From an uncultured Planctomycetaceae bacterium (GTDB taxonomy: Bacteria > Planctomycetota > Planctomycetia > Pirellulales > PALSA-1355), in assembly GCA_963785305.1 (NCBI GenBank), contig CAWAUV010000007.1:384001-448000 (forward strand): a stretch of 64,000 nucleotides of DNA, given 5' to 3'. The notes beneath the pieces are model-generated. The model saw nothing but the letters and a program-made list of their open reading frames with translations, searched no databases and was not told the DNA's origin. The position numbers were made by a program, and so were the translations under genes. Positions 10,287 to 21,212 of the stretch are shown here, piece by piece; position 1 is the first letter of the stretch, and every line of letters begins with the position of its first letter.

Positions 10287-12261
10287 TTACATGCGTTCGA
10301 CCACGTCGATGCCCAGCAGCCAGAGGCCCTGGCGCAGTGTGCGGGCCGTGAGGTCCGAGAGCAGCAAGCGGCTGTCGCGCAGCTCTTCGCTTTCGGCCTT
10401 GAGCACCTGGCAAGCTTCGAAGAACGTGGAATAGCGATTGGCCAGCTCGAACAGATAGGTCGTCAGCGCGCTCGGACGGAAGTCGACCACCATTTGATCG
10501 AGGGCTTCGGAGAATCTCGCCAGCGACAGGCCGAGCGCTCGTTCGGCCGGAGTGGCAAACAGGATTGGCGCCGCGCTCTTGCGGAGCGCCGCCACATCGA
10601 CCGCCCCACGCTGAAAAATGCTCGACACGCGGGCATGCGCATACTGCATGTAGGTCGCCGTGTTGCCGGTCATGGCCAACATCTTGTCGTAGCTGAACAC
10701 ATAATCGCTCGTGCGATTCTGCGACAAGTCGGCATATTTGAGCGCCCCGATGCCCACGGCTTCGGCGACTTGCCGCCGCTCGGCCTCGTTGAGTTCGGGC
10801 GCCGGCTTCGCATCGTCGTTGTCGCGCACAATGGCCAACGCGCTCGACCGCTTCGTCGAGCAGGCCGTCGAGACCCACCGCGTCGCCCGAACGCGTCTTG
10901 AAGGGCCGGCCATCGTTTCCCAGCACCGTGCCAAAGCTAATGTGCTCCAGCGCCACGTTCGCCTGGCCCCAGAGCCGGGCCGTGGCGAAGAGCTGCGTGA
11001 AATGCAGACTCTGGCGGTGATCGACCACATACAGAATCGCGTCGGGCGACCACTCGCGCACGCGATATTCGATCGTGGCCAAGTCGGTCGTGGCATAGAG
11101 AAACGCCCCGTCTTGCTTGCGAACCACGAGCGGTGTTTCCTGGCCCGGCAAAAACACACAGAGCGCGCCGTCGCTCTCGCGGGCAATGCCGCGGGCCACA
11201 AGGTCGCGCACCACCACTTCGAGTCGGTCGTGATAAAAACTCTCGCCGAGCGTGTGGTCGAAAGTCACTCCCAGCCGACGATACACGCGGCTGATCTCGC
11301 CCAGGCAGGGCGGCAAGAACGCTCGCCACAGGTCGAGATTCTCGGAGTCGCCGGCATGCAGCTTCGCGGTTTCGACCAGCACTTGCTTGCCGATGTCGGC
11401 ATGTGCCCGGGCCAATGCGGCGAGCTCGGGGTCCTTGTCGACCGACGCCACGCGTTCTTGGAGCGCACTCAGCGCGTCGCGGGCGTCTTGCAGTTGGCCT
11501 TCGGCGCGGCGCTGCCGCTTGACCGCCTCCTTGGCGTCCTTGGGCGCGGCCGTCGCGGGTGGTAAATTTCCCAAGGCGGCCAGCGACGCTTCGAGCTCCG
11601 CCACGCGCTCGTGCGCCGCCGGCAGCGCTTCGACCGCGGCGTGATACTCGATCAGCCGGTTGACGAGTCGGTAGAGCCGGCTCAACTCCGCGACCGGCGA
11701 GCGGGCATAGGCCTCGCGGTTCGCGAAATGCTTGTAACCATGAATAATCATGCCGAACTGAGTGCCCCAGTCGCCGACATGATTGTCGCTAATCACATGA
11801 TGGCCCAAAAAGCGAAGCGTGCGATCGATCGCCGCGCCGATCACCGTCGAGCGAATGTGGCCGACATGCATCGGCTTGGCGACATTGGGCGAGGAATAGT
11901 CGATCACATAGGTTCGCCGCGGCGACGCCAGGGCCACGCCCAACCGACGATCGTTGACCGCCTCGCGCAGCCTCGCCGCCAATCGATCGGACTTGATCCG
12001 CAAATTGATAAAGCCGGGCCCCGCGATTTCCACCGATTCGCACAAATCGCTCACATCGAGCCGAGCCATCACCTGCTCGGCCACGAGCCGCGCCGGCTGG
12101 CCAAGCTGCTTGGCCAGGACCATCGCGAAATTGGCCTGGTAGTCGCCAAACTTTGGATCGGCGCTCTTGCGCACCATGCCCAACAATTCAGACGACGCCT
12201 GGGGCGCCACTCCCGACAGAGCCGATGAAAACCGAGATCGCAGTTCTTGCAAGATATTCAT
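10287..12261 (-). CDS. argS: Arginine--tRNA ligase (one frameshift near 10850)
   Basis: 'FGDYQANFAM', 'IAGPGFINL', HIGH-like 'DYSSPNVAKPMHVGHIRST', 'NHVGDWGTQFG', 'FKTRSG' and 'GNTATYMQYAHAR'. Confidence 0.97.
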
Positions 12262-12603
12262 AGTCAAAACACGCTGGCGCCGACGCGAAACTAGGGGATG
12301 CGGGCGCCAAGAGTTTGCCGTGCGCGGGGCGGGTCGGGCAAGCCCTGTTGGCGGCTCGTCGACCGGTTTTCCCAGCGATCGGCCGCCCTTTTGGCGCCAT
12401 GCCTTGCCCGGCGCCGCGTCCCTTGCGCACCCATTGCGCAATGTGCGACGAGGTTCAAATGGCCCAAGCGGTCCAGCACTCGCGAATGCTCTTGACCCGC
12501 GCCAGCAAACCTGGAACGATCGGCCCTGTAAGAACTTCGGAGGATCGAACACCCGCCGAACATTCTCCCTCGCCGCTCGAGCAACGGAATGCTGTCACGC
12601 GCC

Positions 12604-14230
12604 ATGGGAATCGTTGTCGTTTACGACGAACCGCATCGCCAAGCCGCGGAGATCGTGGCCACGGCGCTGGGGCGTTCGTTTACCCGCGCGCAAGTTTCGC
12701 GTGTTTTATACGCCGACGCGCTCTCGGCGCCCGGCGATCTCCCGTCGGCAGCGGCGCTCATCGCCCCGCCTCGGGCGGCGAGCCCCTTGGTGGCCCGCAT
12801 GCTGACCAGCGGCCGCAAGCTACTGGCGCTGGGGCCGATCGAAAACGATGTGGCCGAACTGCTGGGCCTTGCAATCGACTCGCCCCAGACTTCCGAGGGC
12901 GAGGGCTCCGGCGTGGGCGGGCCGCGAGCGGCCCTTTGATTCCGCGCTCGCCCTGGCGCCGGTGGACCACGCGCGGCATCACGATGTTTCACCCGGCGGA
13001 GTGCGCTATACCGATCATCCGCTTGCCCGCCTGTCGCCCCTGCCGACGCGAGCTCTCACGCGGTTTGATTTTCAAAACGAATGGAACAACCTCGGCTATG
13101 GCCGGATCTCGGTCGATGGCAGCGCCTGGTCGCTGGCCGTGATCGCCCGGCCCTTGGGGAGCGCGCCGAAGGTTGCGAGCCGATCGCCTGGCTCACCGGC
13201 CCGGGCGACGCGCTCTACGCCTCGCTGCGCGACACCGGCTCGGGCGCCGGTCTTTGGTTCAATCGCGCCGTGGGCCCGGTCGACAGCGGCGAATGGCGAA
13301 TCGTCGAAGCGTTTTTCGCCGATTATCGGGCCGACGACTTGCCGACGTTTCCGGCCCTGGCCGAGATACCGGCCGGCTATGCGGCGGCGGCCGTGATGCG
13401 GCTCGACTGCGACGAAGCGATTCATGCCGCCCGCCCGCTTTGGGAGATGTATCGCGACCTTCGCTTCCCCCTTTCACTAGCAGTGCTCACCGGGCAAGCA
13501 ACCCAGGCCGATGATATTCGCCTCCTCGAAGAAGTGGCCGCGGGCGGCGGCGCTTTGGTGGCCCACTCGGTGACGCATGCTCCGAACTGGGGCGGCAGTT
13601 ACGAAGCGGCCCTGCGCGAAGCCCGCGGCTCGAAGCAGTGGCTCGAGCGCCATGCGCCGGGCTCGGCGCCGGTCGAATTCGCGGTGTCGCCATTTCATCA
13701 AAACCCGATCCATGCGGTGCGGCGCTGGCCGATGCGGGCTACGCCGGCTTCGTTGGGGGCATCATCGCCAACGATCCCGAGTTTTTGCTCGGCCGCGCCG
13801 GACAAGTTCCCTTTCTCGCGAAACCTCTCGTCTCGCATAGCGCGCAGTGCATGTTGCATGGCGACTGTTACCACCGAGCCGGCGATTCGATCGAGGTGTA
13901 CCGCGAAAGTTTCGACAATCATGTGCGGGCCCAAAGCATTTTCGGCTTTCTCGATCATCCGTTTTCACCCCGCTATCAATATGGCTGGAGCGACGAGCCG
14001 ACGCGCCTCGCGGCGCATGCCGGCCTGATCGCGACATCGCGCGAACGGAGAACGTCTGGCGGCCCGACTTGGCGATCATGTTGCGGTACTTGGTGCGCCG
14101 CAACGGCGCGAACATCACCGCTCGGGCCGAGTCGCGCGTCGAATGGCGTCATGCCTCGGCTGGCGCGGCGGGCGGTTTGCCGCGATTGGCCGCTCGCTGG
14201 AAAGGACAAGTGCATGTCGAACCGTCTTGA
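12604..14230 (+). CDS. Polysaccharide deacetylase-like (NodB-fold) protein, several frameshifts
   Basis: 'MRLDCDE' and 'HSVTH' metal-binding motifs; 'VSPFHQN'; overlaps the start of a glycosyltransferase. Confidence 0.65.
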
Positions 14231-15479
14231 ACTTGGCGCGAGCGAGGTTGGCGCTCCGGCGCTCGCGGCGCCGAAGGAAGTCGTTATCTTCTCGACAGCC
14301 GATTGGGATCATCCGTTTTGGACGAATAAACAGCATGTCGCGGCTCAACTCGCGGCCTTGGGCACTCGCGTGCTCTATGTTGAATCGCTCGGACTGCGGA
14401 GCCCAACGCTCGGCGCCCGCGACCTGGGCCGCATTGCCCGGCGCGCTCGTCGCGCCGCCAAGCCGCTCCGCCAAGCGCGAGAGAATCTCTGGGTTTTTTC
14501 GCCGATCGCGCTGCCCTGGCATTCGCGGGCCGCGGTTCGTTGTGTCAATGAATGGCTGCTCGGCGCGACACTGGGGCGAGCGCTTCGCCGCCTGGGGTTC
14601 CGCACGCCAATCGCCTGGACCTACAATCCGCTCGCGCTGCCGATCATCGAGCGGTTGGCGCATTCGATGATCGTGTACCACGCGGTCGATGATTTGTCGG
14701 CGGCGCCGCATATGCCCGCCGCGGCGATTCAATCGGCCGAGCTCGCGATCGCCGGCGCGGCCGATCTCATCTTCACGACCAGCCCCCGGCTCCAATCGCG
14801 CTTCGTGAAGCTCAAAGGCGAGGGCGTGCATTATCTGCCAAATGTGGCCGACTACGCGCACTTCGCCCAAGCGCGCGAAGCCGGCCTGGAGCCCGACGAT
14901 GTGGCGGCGATCCCGCGACCGCGGCTCGGCTTCGTCGGCGCGCTGAGCGCGTATAAGGTCGATTTCGAGTTGCTGCTCACCGTGGCCAAGCGTCGACCCG
15001 AGTGGCACTGGGTGCTGATCGGCCAAATCGGCGAGGGGCAACCGGGCTCGCGCGTCGGCGAGCTCGAGCGGCTGCCCAATGTGCATCTTTTGGGACCCAA
15101 GCCCTATGCCGAACTGCCGGCATATTTGCGGGCCTTCGATGTGGCGACGATTCCGGCCGCGGCCAACGACTACACGGCGTCGATGTTTCCGATGAAGTTC
15201 TTCGAGTACCTTTCGGCGGGCAAGCCGGTGGTGGCCAGCAACACGCCGGCGCTCGAGGCTTATCAAGACGCCTGCCGCTTGGTCGATTCGGCGGCGGGTT
15301 TCGAATCGGGCATCGACGACATCCTGCTTGGCGAAGGCCCATCAAAGGAAGCTTGCGACGCGCTCGCTCGTCGCTTTACCTGGCAGTGGCGCATGCAAGA
15401 AATGCTCGAACACCTTGGCGCCGCCGAGCAACCGGCGGCCAGTCAGACCAAAGCTCCGCCTCGCCGCGGGGCGGCGTGA
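14214..15479 (+). CDS. GT-B glycosyltransferase (GT4/TuaH-like)
   Basis: 'FSTADWDHPFWTNKQH', 'GFVGALSAYKVD' and 'FPMKFFEYLSAGKPVV'. Confidence 0.85.
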   Translation: MSNRLELGASEVGAPALAAPKEVVIFSTADWDHPFWTNKQHVAAQLAALGTRVLYVESLGLRSPTLGARDLGRIARRARRAAKPLRQARENLWVFSPIALPWHSRAAVRCVNEWLLGATLGRALRRLGFRTPIAWTYNPLALPIIERLAHSMIVYHAVDDLSAAPHMPAAAIQSAELAIAGAADLIFTTSPRLQSRFVKLKGEGVHYLPNVADYAHFAQAREAGLEPDDVAAIPRPRLGFVGALSAYKVDFELLLTVAKRRPEWHWVLIGQIGEGQPGSRVGELERLPNVHLLGPKPYAELPAYLRAFDVATIPAAANDYTASMFPMKFFEYLSAGKPVVASNTPALEAYQDACRLVDSAAGFESGIDDILLGEGPSKEACDALARRFTWQWRMQEMLEHLGAAEQPAASQTKAPPRRGAA

Positions 15480-15524
15480 CTTTCGATAGTCGATTAGCAT
15501 CGGCCGCGCATTCGTGCTGCCGCT

Positions 15525-16414
15525 TCAGTCGAGCGAATAGGTTAGCAGCAACCGGTCGGCGACGACTTCGGTCTCCAGCGTTTTTCCCGCGAGCTGAAAG
15601 CGACGCAGCATCGATCGGCCACAGTCGATAGGGACTTCGCTTTCGAAGAGTCCCTTTGGAACCGAAACATCGCAAACCTTATTGCCCGAGCGCTTGCTGC
15701 CGTCAATGGAAAGCGCAACTCGTGCGCCTCGCGACTTGCACTTCGCAATCGAATCGAACAGCCGCTCGATGCTGAACGCTTGGGCTCCGTAGAGGATTCG
15801 TTGCGTGTCCACATAAGGCGGATCGCAATAAACGAGATCATCGCGCTTTGCCTTGCTCATGGTGTCGGCGAAGTCCGAATGCTTGAAGCGAGCGCCTTCA
15901 ACCCGGACATGCCACTGGTCCACGCGCTCAGCAAATGATTTCGGAGAGATTGGCCGTTGCGGACCGCATGGCGTGGACATGTGCCCATCGGCTTTGCGAA
16001 AGCGCACGATTCCGCCGTAGCAAGCGCGGCAGAGAAAAGCGAGATCGGCGCCATTGGGCCGGGCATTGAACGCCGTTTTAACTTCCTCGTAGGCAGGCTG
16101 CTGACCTCGCTTGCCGACAAGAGCCCACCGCTCGGCGTAACACTGTTTGAGTTGTTCGGGATGTTGGGCCAGCATTTCCCAGATTTCAATGAGCGGAGAA
16201 AAGGCATCCGACCCGATGGCTGAAACAGGCGCGAGCGTGGCCAGCACGGCGCCACTTCCGAGAAACGGTTCAAAATAGGTGTTAAACCGCCGCGGGAAAT
16301 ACGAAACGATTTGCGGAGCGAATCGCTGCTTGTTGCCCACCCATTTCAGGAGTTGACGCTTGAGCGGGGCCGGGCGGCGCGGGAAAAATCGGAGAAAGGG
16401 AGATCGAGTTGCAT
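15525..16414 (-). CDS. Dam-like (alpha class) N6-adenine DNA methyltransferase of a type II R-M system
   Basis: 'LLKWVGNK', motif I 'YFEPFLGSGAV', motif IV 'VYCDPPY'. The likely ATG at 16414 is out of frame by an indel; the in-frame ORF is 15525..16340. Confidence 0.9.
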
Positions 16415-16457
16415 GATGCTCGCAGACGTAAAGCCCTCAAGTTAAAGCGATTCCTCG

Positions 16458-16485
16458 ATTATCCGAAGTTGGGATGTTTTGTCAA
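16458..16485 (-). promoter_or_regulatory. Sigma70-like promoter for the methyltransferase with overlapping operator-like palindrome
   Basis: Minus strand TTGACA-N16-GATAAT; imperfect palindrome ATCCGAA-G-TTGGGAT at 16461-16475. Confidence 0.55.
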
Positions 16486-16505
16486 CTATTGCAAAATCAT
16501 TCGCT

Positions 16506-16772
16506 ATGGATAAGTCCATCCACAGTCCCGAGCAGCAGGCCCTGTTGCGCGTGCTCCGCCAACTCCGGTGCGGCAGTGCGATTAGCCAAGAAGATCTCGC
16601 GCGACGCCTCGACGAACATCAGTCGTTCGTTTCAAAGTATGAATCGGGTGAAAGGCGATTAGACATCCTCGAGCTGCGGCAGATTTGCGCGGCGCTTGGA
16701 ATCTCGCTTGCCGACTTCATTACCCGCCTCGAAGAAAATATCCGCGAATGCAGCCCAACAAAGAATTTCTGA
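16506..16772 (+). CDS. XRE-family HTH regulator, probable R-M controller (C) protein
   Basis: 'SQEDLARRLDEHQSFVSKYESGERRLDILEL'; directly upstream of and overlapping the endonuclease, divergent from the MTase. Confidence 0.85.
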   Translation: MDKSIHSPEQQALLRVLRQLRCGSAISQEDLARRLDEHQSFVSKYESGERRLDILELRQICAALGISLADFITRLEENIRECSPTKNF

Positions 16773-17689
16773 AACAGCCAAAACACTTCTGGGCCAACAT
16801 CCGGACAATCAGCCAAAAGGTCGGTTACACACAGCGCATGGCGCGCACCCGAGGCGTGCGCGAACTGCCCAGCCGAATCAAGATACCCAGCATCGCGGAA
16901 ATCGAGACGGCCTTCCGAACGCTCGACCTCGATTCGAACCATTTGTTGACGTCCAGGCAGAAGCCGACCAAACTCGGCGCGACGGTCCTCCGCTATTTCG
17001 AGTATCGCGCGAACGTGCTGAACGACTTCGTCGAGCCACGGCTGATGAATGCCGATCAGGCGGCGGCGGTGTTCGACGACGCGAAGCGCCGGCATCGAAT
17101 TGGGTTTTCGGCGCCGATGAACAAGCAAAGCGGCGACCTGAAAAAGCCAGCATATTTCACGGGAATTATCAATATTCTCATCGAGCAACAACTCGCCGGA
17201 CTGCCCTGCAATTACAATCCGCAAGAGCTCACGACGATCACCAGAAATCGGCAACCGTTTCGCACCTTGGCTCGGCGAGTTGACGGCGCGTTTCCCGGAC
17301 CCGTCGATCCGCTCGCGATTTGGGAGATCAAGGAGTATTATTTCACGACGACCTTCGGCAGCCGCGTCGCCGATGGCGTTTACGAGACCTTGCTCGATGG
17401 AATGGAACTCGACGAACTTGAAACCGGACTGCGGACCCTTGAGCCGGCGGAACGCCGACGGGGCGCATATCGTTCCACTGGCCATACCCGTCCAAACATC
17501 GAGCACTTATTGATGCTCGATGCGCATTTCACTTGGTGGATGAAAGGCCGATCCTACCTTTGCCGGATTATCGACATGTTGCATATGGGCTATGTCGATG
17601 AAGTGCTCTTTGGACGCGAGGTGCTTACACGAATTCCCGAGATCGTCGGCGTCTGGATCAGAAAATACAACGATCGAGAAAGCCAATAG
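16748..17689 (+). CDS. Probable type II restriction endonuclease (PD-(D/E)xK)
   Basis: 'RRVDGAFP...WEIKEY' D...ExK catalytic pattern; adjacent to the MTase and C gene; lower GC than flanks. Confidence 0.8.
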   Translation: MQPNKEFLKQPKHFWANIRTISQKVGYTQRMARTRGVRELPSRIKIPSIAEIETAFRTLDLDSNHLLTSRQKPTKLGATVLRYFEYRANVLNDFVEPRLMNADQAAAVFDDAKRRHRIGFSAPMNKQSGDLKKPAYFTGIINILIEQQLAGLPCNYNPQELTTITRNRQPFRTLARRVDGAFPGPVDPLAIWEIKEYYFTTTFGSRVADGVYETLLDGMELDELETGLRTLEPAERRRGAYRSTGHTRPNIEHLLMLDAHFTWWMKGRSYLCRIIDMLHMGYVDEVLFGREVLTRIPEIVGVWIRKYNDRESQ

Positions 17690-17717
17690 CGCCACGAAGC
17701 CATGGTAATCAATCCCT

Positions 17718-19523
17718 TCACCGCGTCGGCTGGCCGGCGCCGGTGATCGGGGTCAATGTCACGCGGGTCACGCGGTAGCGGCAGTCGTAGGCGCCGAGGA
17801 ACAGCGTGTCGTCGTGCGGCGTCTTCCAATAATCGCTCAGGCTTAGCTGCTTGGCGTCGCCTTGCCAGTCGAGCAGCGGCTCGCCATCGCAGGCGACGCT
17901 GACGGAACCCTTCTTCACGCGGCATACAATCTCGGCCGGTCGATTCTTCATGAACACCGGTCGCCGCTCGGTCGAGAGGTTGCCCACGTTCTTGCCATCG
18001 ATGTTCTCCAGGGCGCTCACCGGCGGCTTGTCTTTTTGCGCATAGTTCACCAGCACCGCGAAACGCTGGCCGCCCAGCCGCTGGCCGAGCAGGAAGCCAT
18101 TGGGTTCGTCGAGCGGCTCGACGATCGCCACCAGTTCGTATTCCTCCGGCGCACGATAGGGCAACTCGATCCGGGCGCCATATTGCTTGGGCGATGTGAG
18201 CACGCCATCGACCTTTTCCCAAGTGCCGGCCACGGCGTCTTGCTTCGTGTCGACCAGCGCGAGCAGATCGACCGCCGCTTCGAGCGGCTTGGGCTGAACT
18301 TGGATTTGCGCCGTCGTGTCTTGCGCGACCGCCTCGCGCGATCCGGCGACCGGCAGCGGAAAAACGTCGGGCTTTTCGCGCACCTGAAAATAACCCCAAA
18401 TCTCGGCCTCGCGGCCATCGATCAGCTTCGCCTCGACGCGGTAACTCACCGGCGTGGGGCGATCGAATACCGCCAGCGGCAGCGTGCTCGGCGCCGCGAC
18501 GCCTTGCGACGCGTCGGCCGCTGAACCGGGTTCCTTTGGTTCGTTTGCCGGCGACGCGACATCGACCCAAGGGCCATAAAGGTCGGTTTGAATCCGCACG
18601 CGACATGACTTCACCCGCGCCCCCTCGGGCCAAGTGAGCCGCAGCGACGCCGGTTCCCCAGGCTTGGGAATCAGTGGCTCGGGCACGGCGGTGAATGTGC
18701 TGAACAGATCGTTTTTGCGGTCTTGCGGCTTCTCGGGCGCGGTCCAGCCAAGGCGTTTCTTTTGGGCGTCATCGAGCCACGATTGGCTGAGCCAACCGCG
18801 ATATTGCCCAAAGCTCATCACCGATCCGTCGCCTGGCTGGGGATGCGGCAAGCCCACCGTGTGGCCGACGCCTTCGTGGTACACGACGCAATCCGTGCCG
18901 GAATAGGGCACGCGCCAACCATCGCCGCTGACGATCCCCCAGCCGACGCCGCGCTCGGCCAGATACGTGGCTCGTGCTCCGCCCGAGGGAGCGCCGGGGG
19001 AATGGCGACCCTCGGAGTAGCTGCCCTCGAATTCGAACTTGCCGTTTTCGGTCGGTTTAAGGCGATAGAAATCATCGAGCGGTCGCCAGTTGATGTCGCT
19101 CAGCACCAGCAAGATCGGATAGGACTCGTGGGGCGCCTTGCCGAATTCAAGGGCCGCGTCGACCTCTTCGAGCGTGCGAAAGAAAATAAAATCGGCGTCG
19201 CGCTGGCGAAGCTGACGCGTGGCGCGGCTCGAGATAAAAGGCGTCGGACGAATCACGGTTTTGAGCGTCGATTGCCCCTCGAATTCGCGCGCATGAAACT
19301 GTTCGATGCGCTTGCAGTAGTAATCGACGCGCTCGCGCCAGTCGGGGAGCGGCGCGCGGTCTTGCGGCACGAAATACACCACCGTTACTTCGATACGATC
19401 GATCGGATGCTTGCCGTCCCAAGTGCGGAGCTCGCCGCCGTCGGCAATGCCGACCCCGGCGAGCGCCAGGAACAACACAATCCAGGAGCGCGATAACAAA
19501 GGGGCGCCGAGCAAGCGAGTCAT
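17718..19523 (-). CDS. Secreted putative zinc metallopeptidase with C-terminal beta domain
   Basis: Signal peptide; 'HEGVGHTVGLPH' followed by 'SVMSFG' (Met-turn-like). Confidence 0.6.
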   Translation of the reverse strand: MTRLLGAPLLSRSWIVLFLALAGVGIADGGELRTWDGKHPIDRIEVTVVYFVPQDRAPLPDWRERVDYYCKRIEQFHAREFEGQSTLKTVIRPTPFISSRATRQLRQRDADFIFFRTLEEVDAALEFGKAPHESYPILLVLSDINWRPLDDFYRLKPTENGKFEFEGSYSEGRHSPGAPSGGARATYLAERGVGWGIVSGDGWRVPYSGTDCVVYHEGVGHTVGLPHPQPGDGSVMSFGQYRGWLSQSWLDDAQKKRLGWTAPEKPQDRKNDLFSTFTAVPEPLIPKPGEPASLRLTWPEGARVKSCRVRIQTDLYGPWVDVASPANEPKEPGSAADASQGVAAPSTLPLAVFDRPTPVSYRVEAKLIDGREAEIWGYFQVREKPDVFPLPVAGSREAVAQDTTAQIQVQPKPLEAAVDLLALVDTKQDAVAGTWEKVDGVLTSPKQYGARIELPYRAPEEYELVAIVEPLDEPNGFLLGQRLGGQRFAVLVNYAQKDKPPVSALENIDGKNVGNLSTERRPVFMKNRPAEIVCRVKKGSVSVACDGEPLLDWQGDAKQLSLSDYWKTPHDDTLFLGAYDCRYRVTRVTLTPITGAGQPTR

Positions 19524-19597
19524 GGGAGGCGTCTCGTCTCGTGTGTTGGAAAGCGAAAGATTTGCAATCTGTTTTCAATCAGCGCGCGTGGGCATCT

Positions 19598-20567
19598 TCA
19601 CCCGATGCAAGCCCGGCGATCCGGCCCCGCGGGTATTTCAATTCCCCAGCAAAAGGGATCGCGCTCGTCGAGCCGGAGCGTCGCCTCGGCGGAGATGAAC
19701 GCGCGTCCCGTGATCGTGGGAACTATCGAGCCGGTTTCCCGATCGAGCCAGCGATATTCGGCCGTGAACACGCTGCCGATGATGCTCTGCTGGGTCCACA
19801 TCGCGCCGGCTGCGAGTTTACCATCGGCGGCCAGCGACGCCAATTTCGCGCTTGTGCCGGTGCCGCAAGGCGAACGATCGTAGGCCAAGCCTGGACAGAG
19901 CACGAAACTTCGCGCCGCCGGTCCGGCGATGCCGTGCGCCGGGCCGAATAGTTCGACATGATCCACTTCCGGAAAGCCCGCCGCGCGAATCGCCTCGCGC
20001 GCTCGCTGAGCATAATCGGTGAGCCGGGAAATCTGATCGTACTCGAGCGCGAGGCCATGCGAGTCGATCAAGTAGAACCAATTCCCACCCCAAGCCACAT
20101 CGCCCACGATGTGTCCCAGTCCCGGCGCCTCGGCCGCCACATGTTTGGCCTTGCGCCACGAGGCGACGTTTTCGACCGACACGCGACCATCGTCGTGCAA
20201 GATTGCCGTCACCGGGCCGACGACGGTTTCCAACCGCACCGGGCCGGGGCCGATCGTGCCCAGGTGGGCCAGGGTGGCGACGACGCCGATCGCGCCGTGC
20301 CCACACATGCCCAAGTAGCCGACATTGTTGAAGAACACCACGCCGGCGGTGGAATCGGAGTGCTCCGGCTCGCAAAGAAGGGCGCCCACGAGGCCATCGT
20401 GTCCGCGCGGTTCGTTCACCACCGCCGCTCGAAAGCGATCGTGGTCGCGGCGAAATACCTCGAGCCGTTCGGCGATCGGGCCCGCGCCCAGACTCGGTCC
20501 GCCGTCTAGCACGACGCGCAGTCGGCTCGCCGCCCGTGTGGGAATCGACAATTCGCACCAGACGCAT
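19598..20567 (-). CDS. Proline racemase family, probable 4-hydroxyproline 2-epimerase (frameshift near 20520)
   Basis: 'DSHTGGEPT', '[14 protein letters not shown]' and '[11 protein letters not shown]' (Cys/Cys catalytic pair). Confidence 0.9.
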
Positions 20568-20671
20568 CGCGCTTCCTCCCAACGAGCTCCGCCGATCTCG
20601 GATCGAGCGCTTTGATGTTGCAAATCGGCGCCGCGCCAGCGCCAGCGGTCCGGCGCCTCGCTCCGCGACGA

Positions 20672-20977
20672 TCAGGGATGTTTGGCCGCAATCTTGGGGT
20701 CGATCGGGCGCCCGTCAATGAAGATCGTGGGTCCAGTGACTTGCGGCGGTTGGTTCGCGGCGGTTTCATCGCCCGCGGGCCGGCGGCCATCAAACGGACG
20801 CCGCGGCACATATTCTTGTTCGATCCATTGCCGCTCGGCTCGCAGCCAGTAGTCTTCTCCACTTCGGTCGGGTTGGCCCGCCTCGCGCCAGAGCTGGTAT
20901 GCCCTCGCGCGAATCAGTTCCTCGCAAGCGGCCCTTTCTTGGAGCGTCAATTCCAACGTGTCTAACGATATCGCCAT
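20672..20977 (-). CDS. DUF2934-domain small protein
   Basis: 'IRARAYQLWREAGQPD...YWLRAE' signature. Confidence 0.8.
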   Translation of the reverse strand: MAISLDTLELTLQERAACEELIRARAYQLWREAGQPDRSGEDYWLRAERQWIEQEYVPRRPFDGRRPAGDETAANQPPQVTGPTIFIDGRPIDPKIAAKHP

Positions 20978-21212
20978 CGGGACCGCCTCCGTGAGCCAGA
21001 ATTCGCGACCGTTGATTTTTTTTGCGAGCCCGTTCAACGCGCTCGATTTCATGGTTCCCGGGGGAAGGGGCGAGATGCTTGGATTCGCGAAGTTCGCTGG
21101 CGTCGCCCAGGATGATTTCCGCGTCGCGGGCGATTCTTTGGCCGTGAGACTCGCGATCGCGGGACCTTTACATGGGCGCCGACCGGCTCACGGAACTTCG
21201 CGAGTCATGATT

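Noticed and set aside
8869..12552. 1227-aa argS ORF with long C-terminal extension
   Set aside because: After the frameshift at ~10850 it runs antisense through the BBP7 gene. The true ArgRS C-terminus is in ORF 10287..11201.
13638..15479. Deacetylase-glycosyltransferase fusion (613 aa)
   Set aside because: The deacetylase appears to end at 14230 in another frame and the GT has its own SD-like AAGGA and ATG at 14214. The fusion is an indel artefact.
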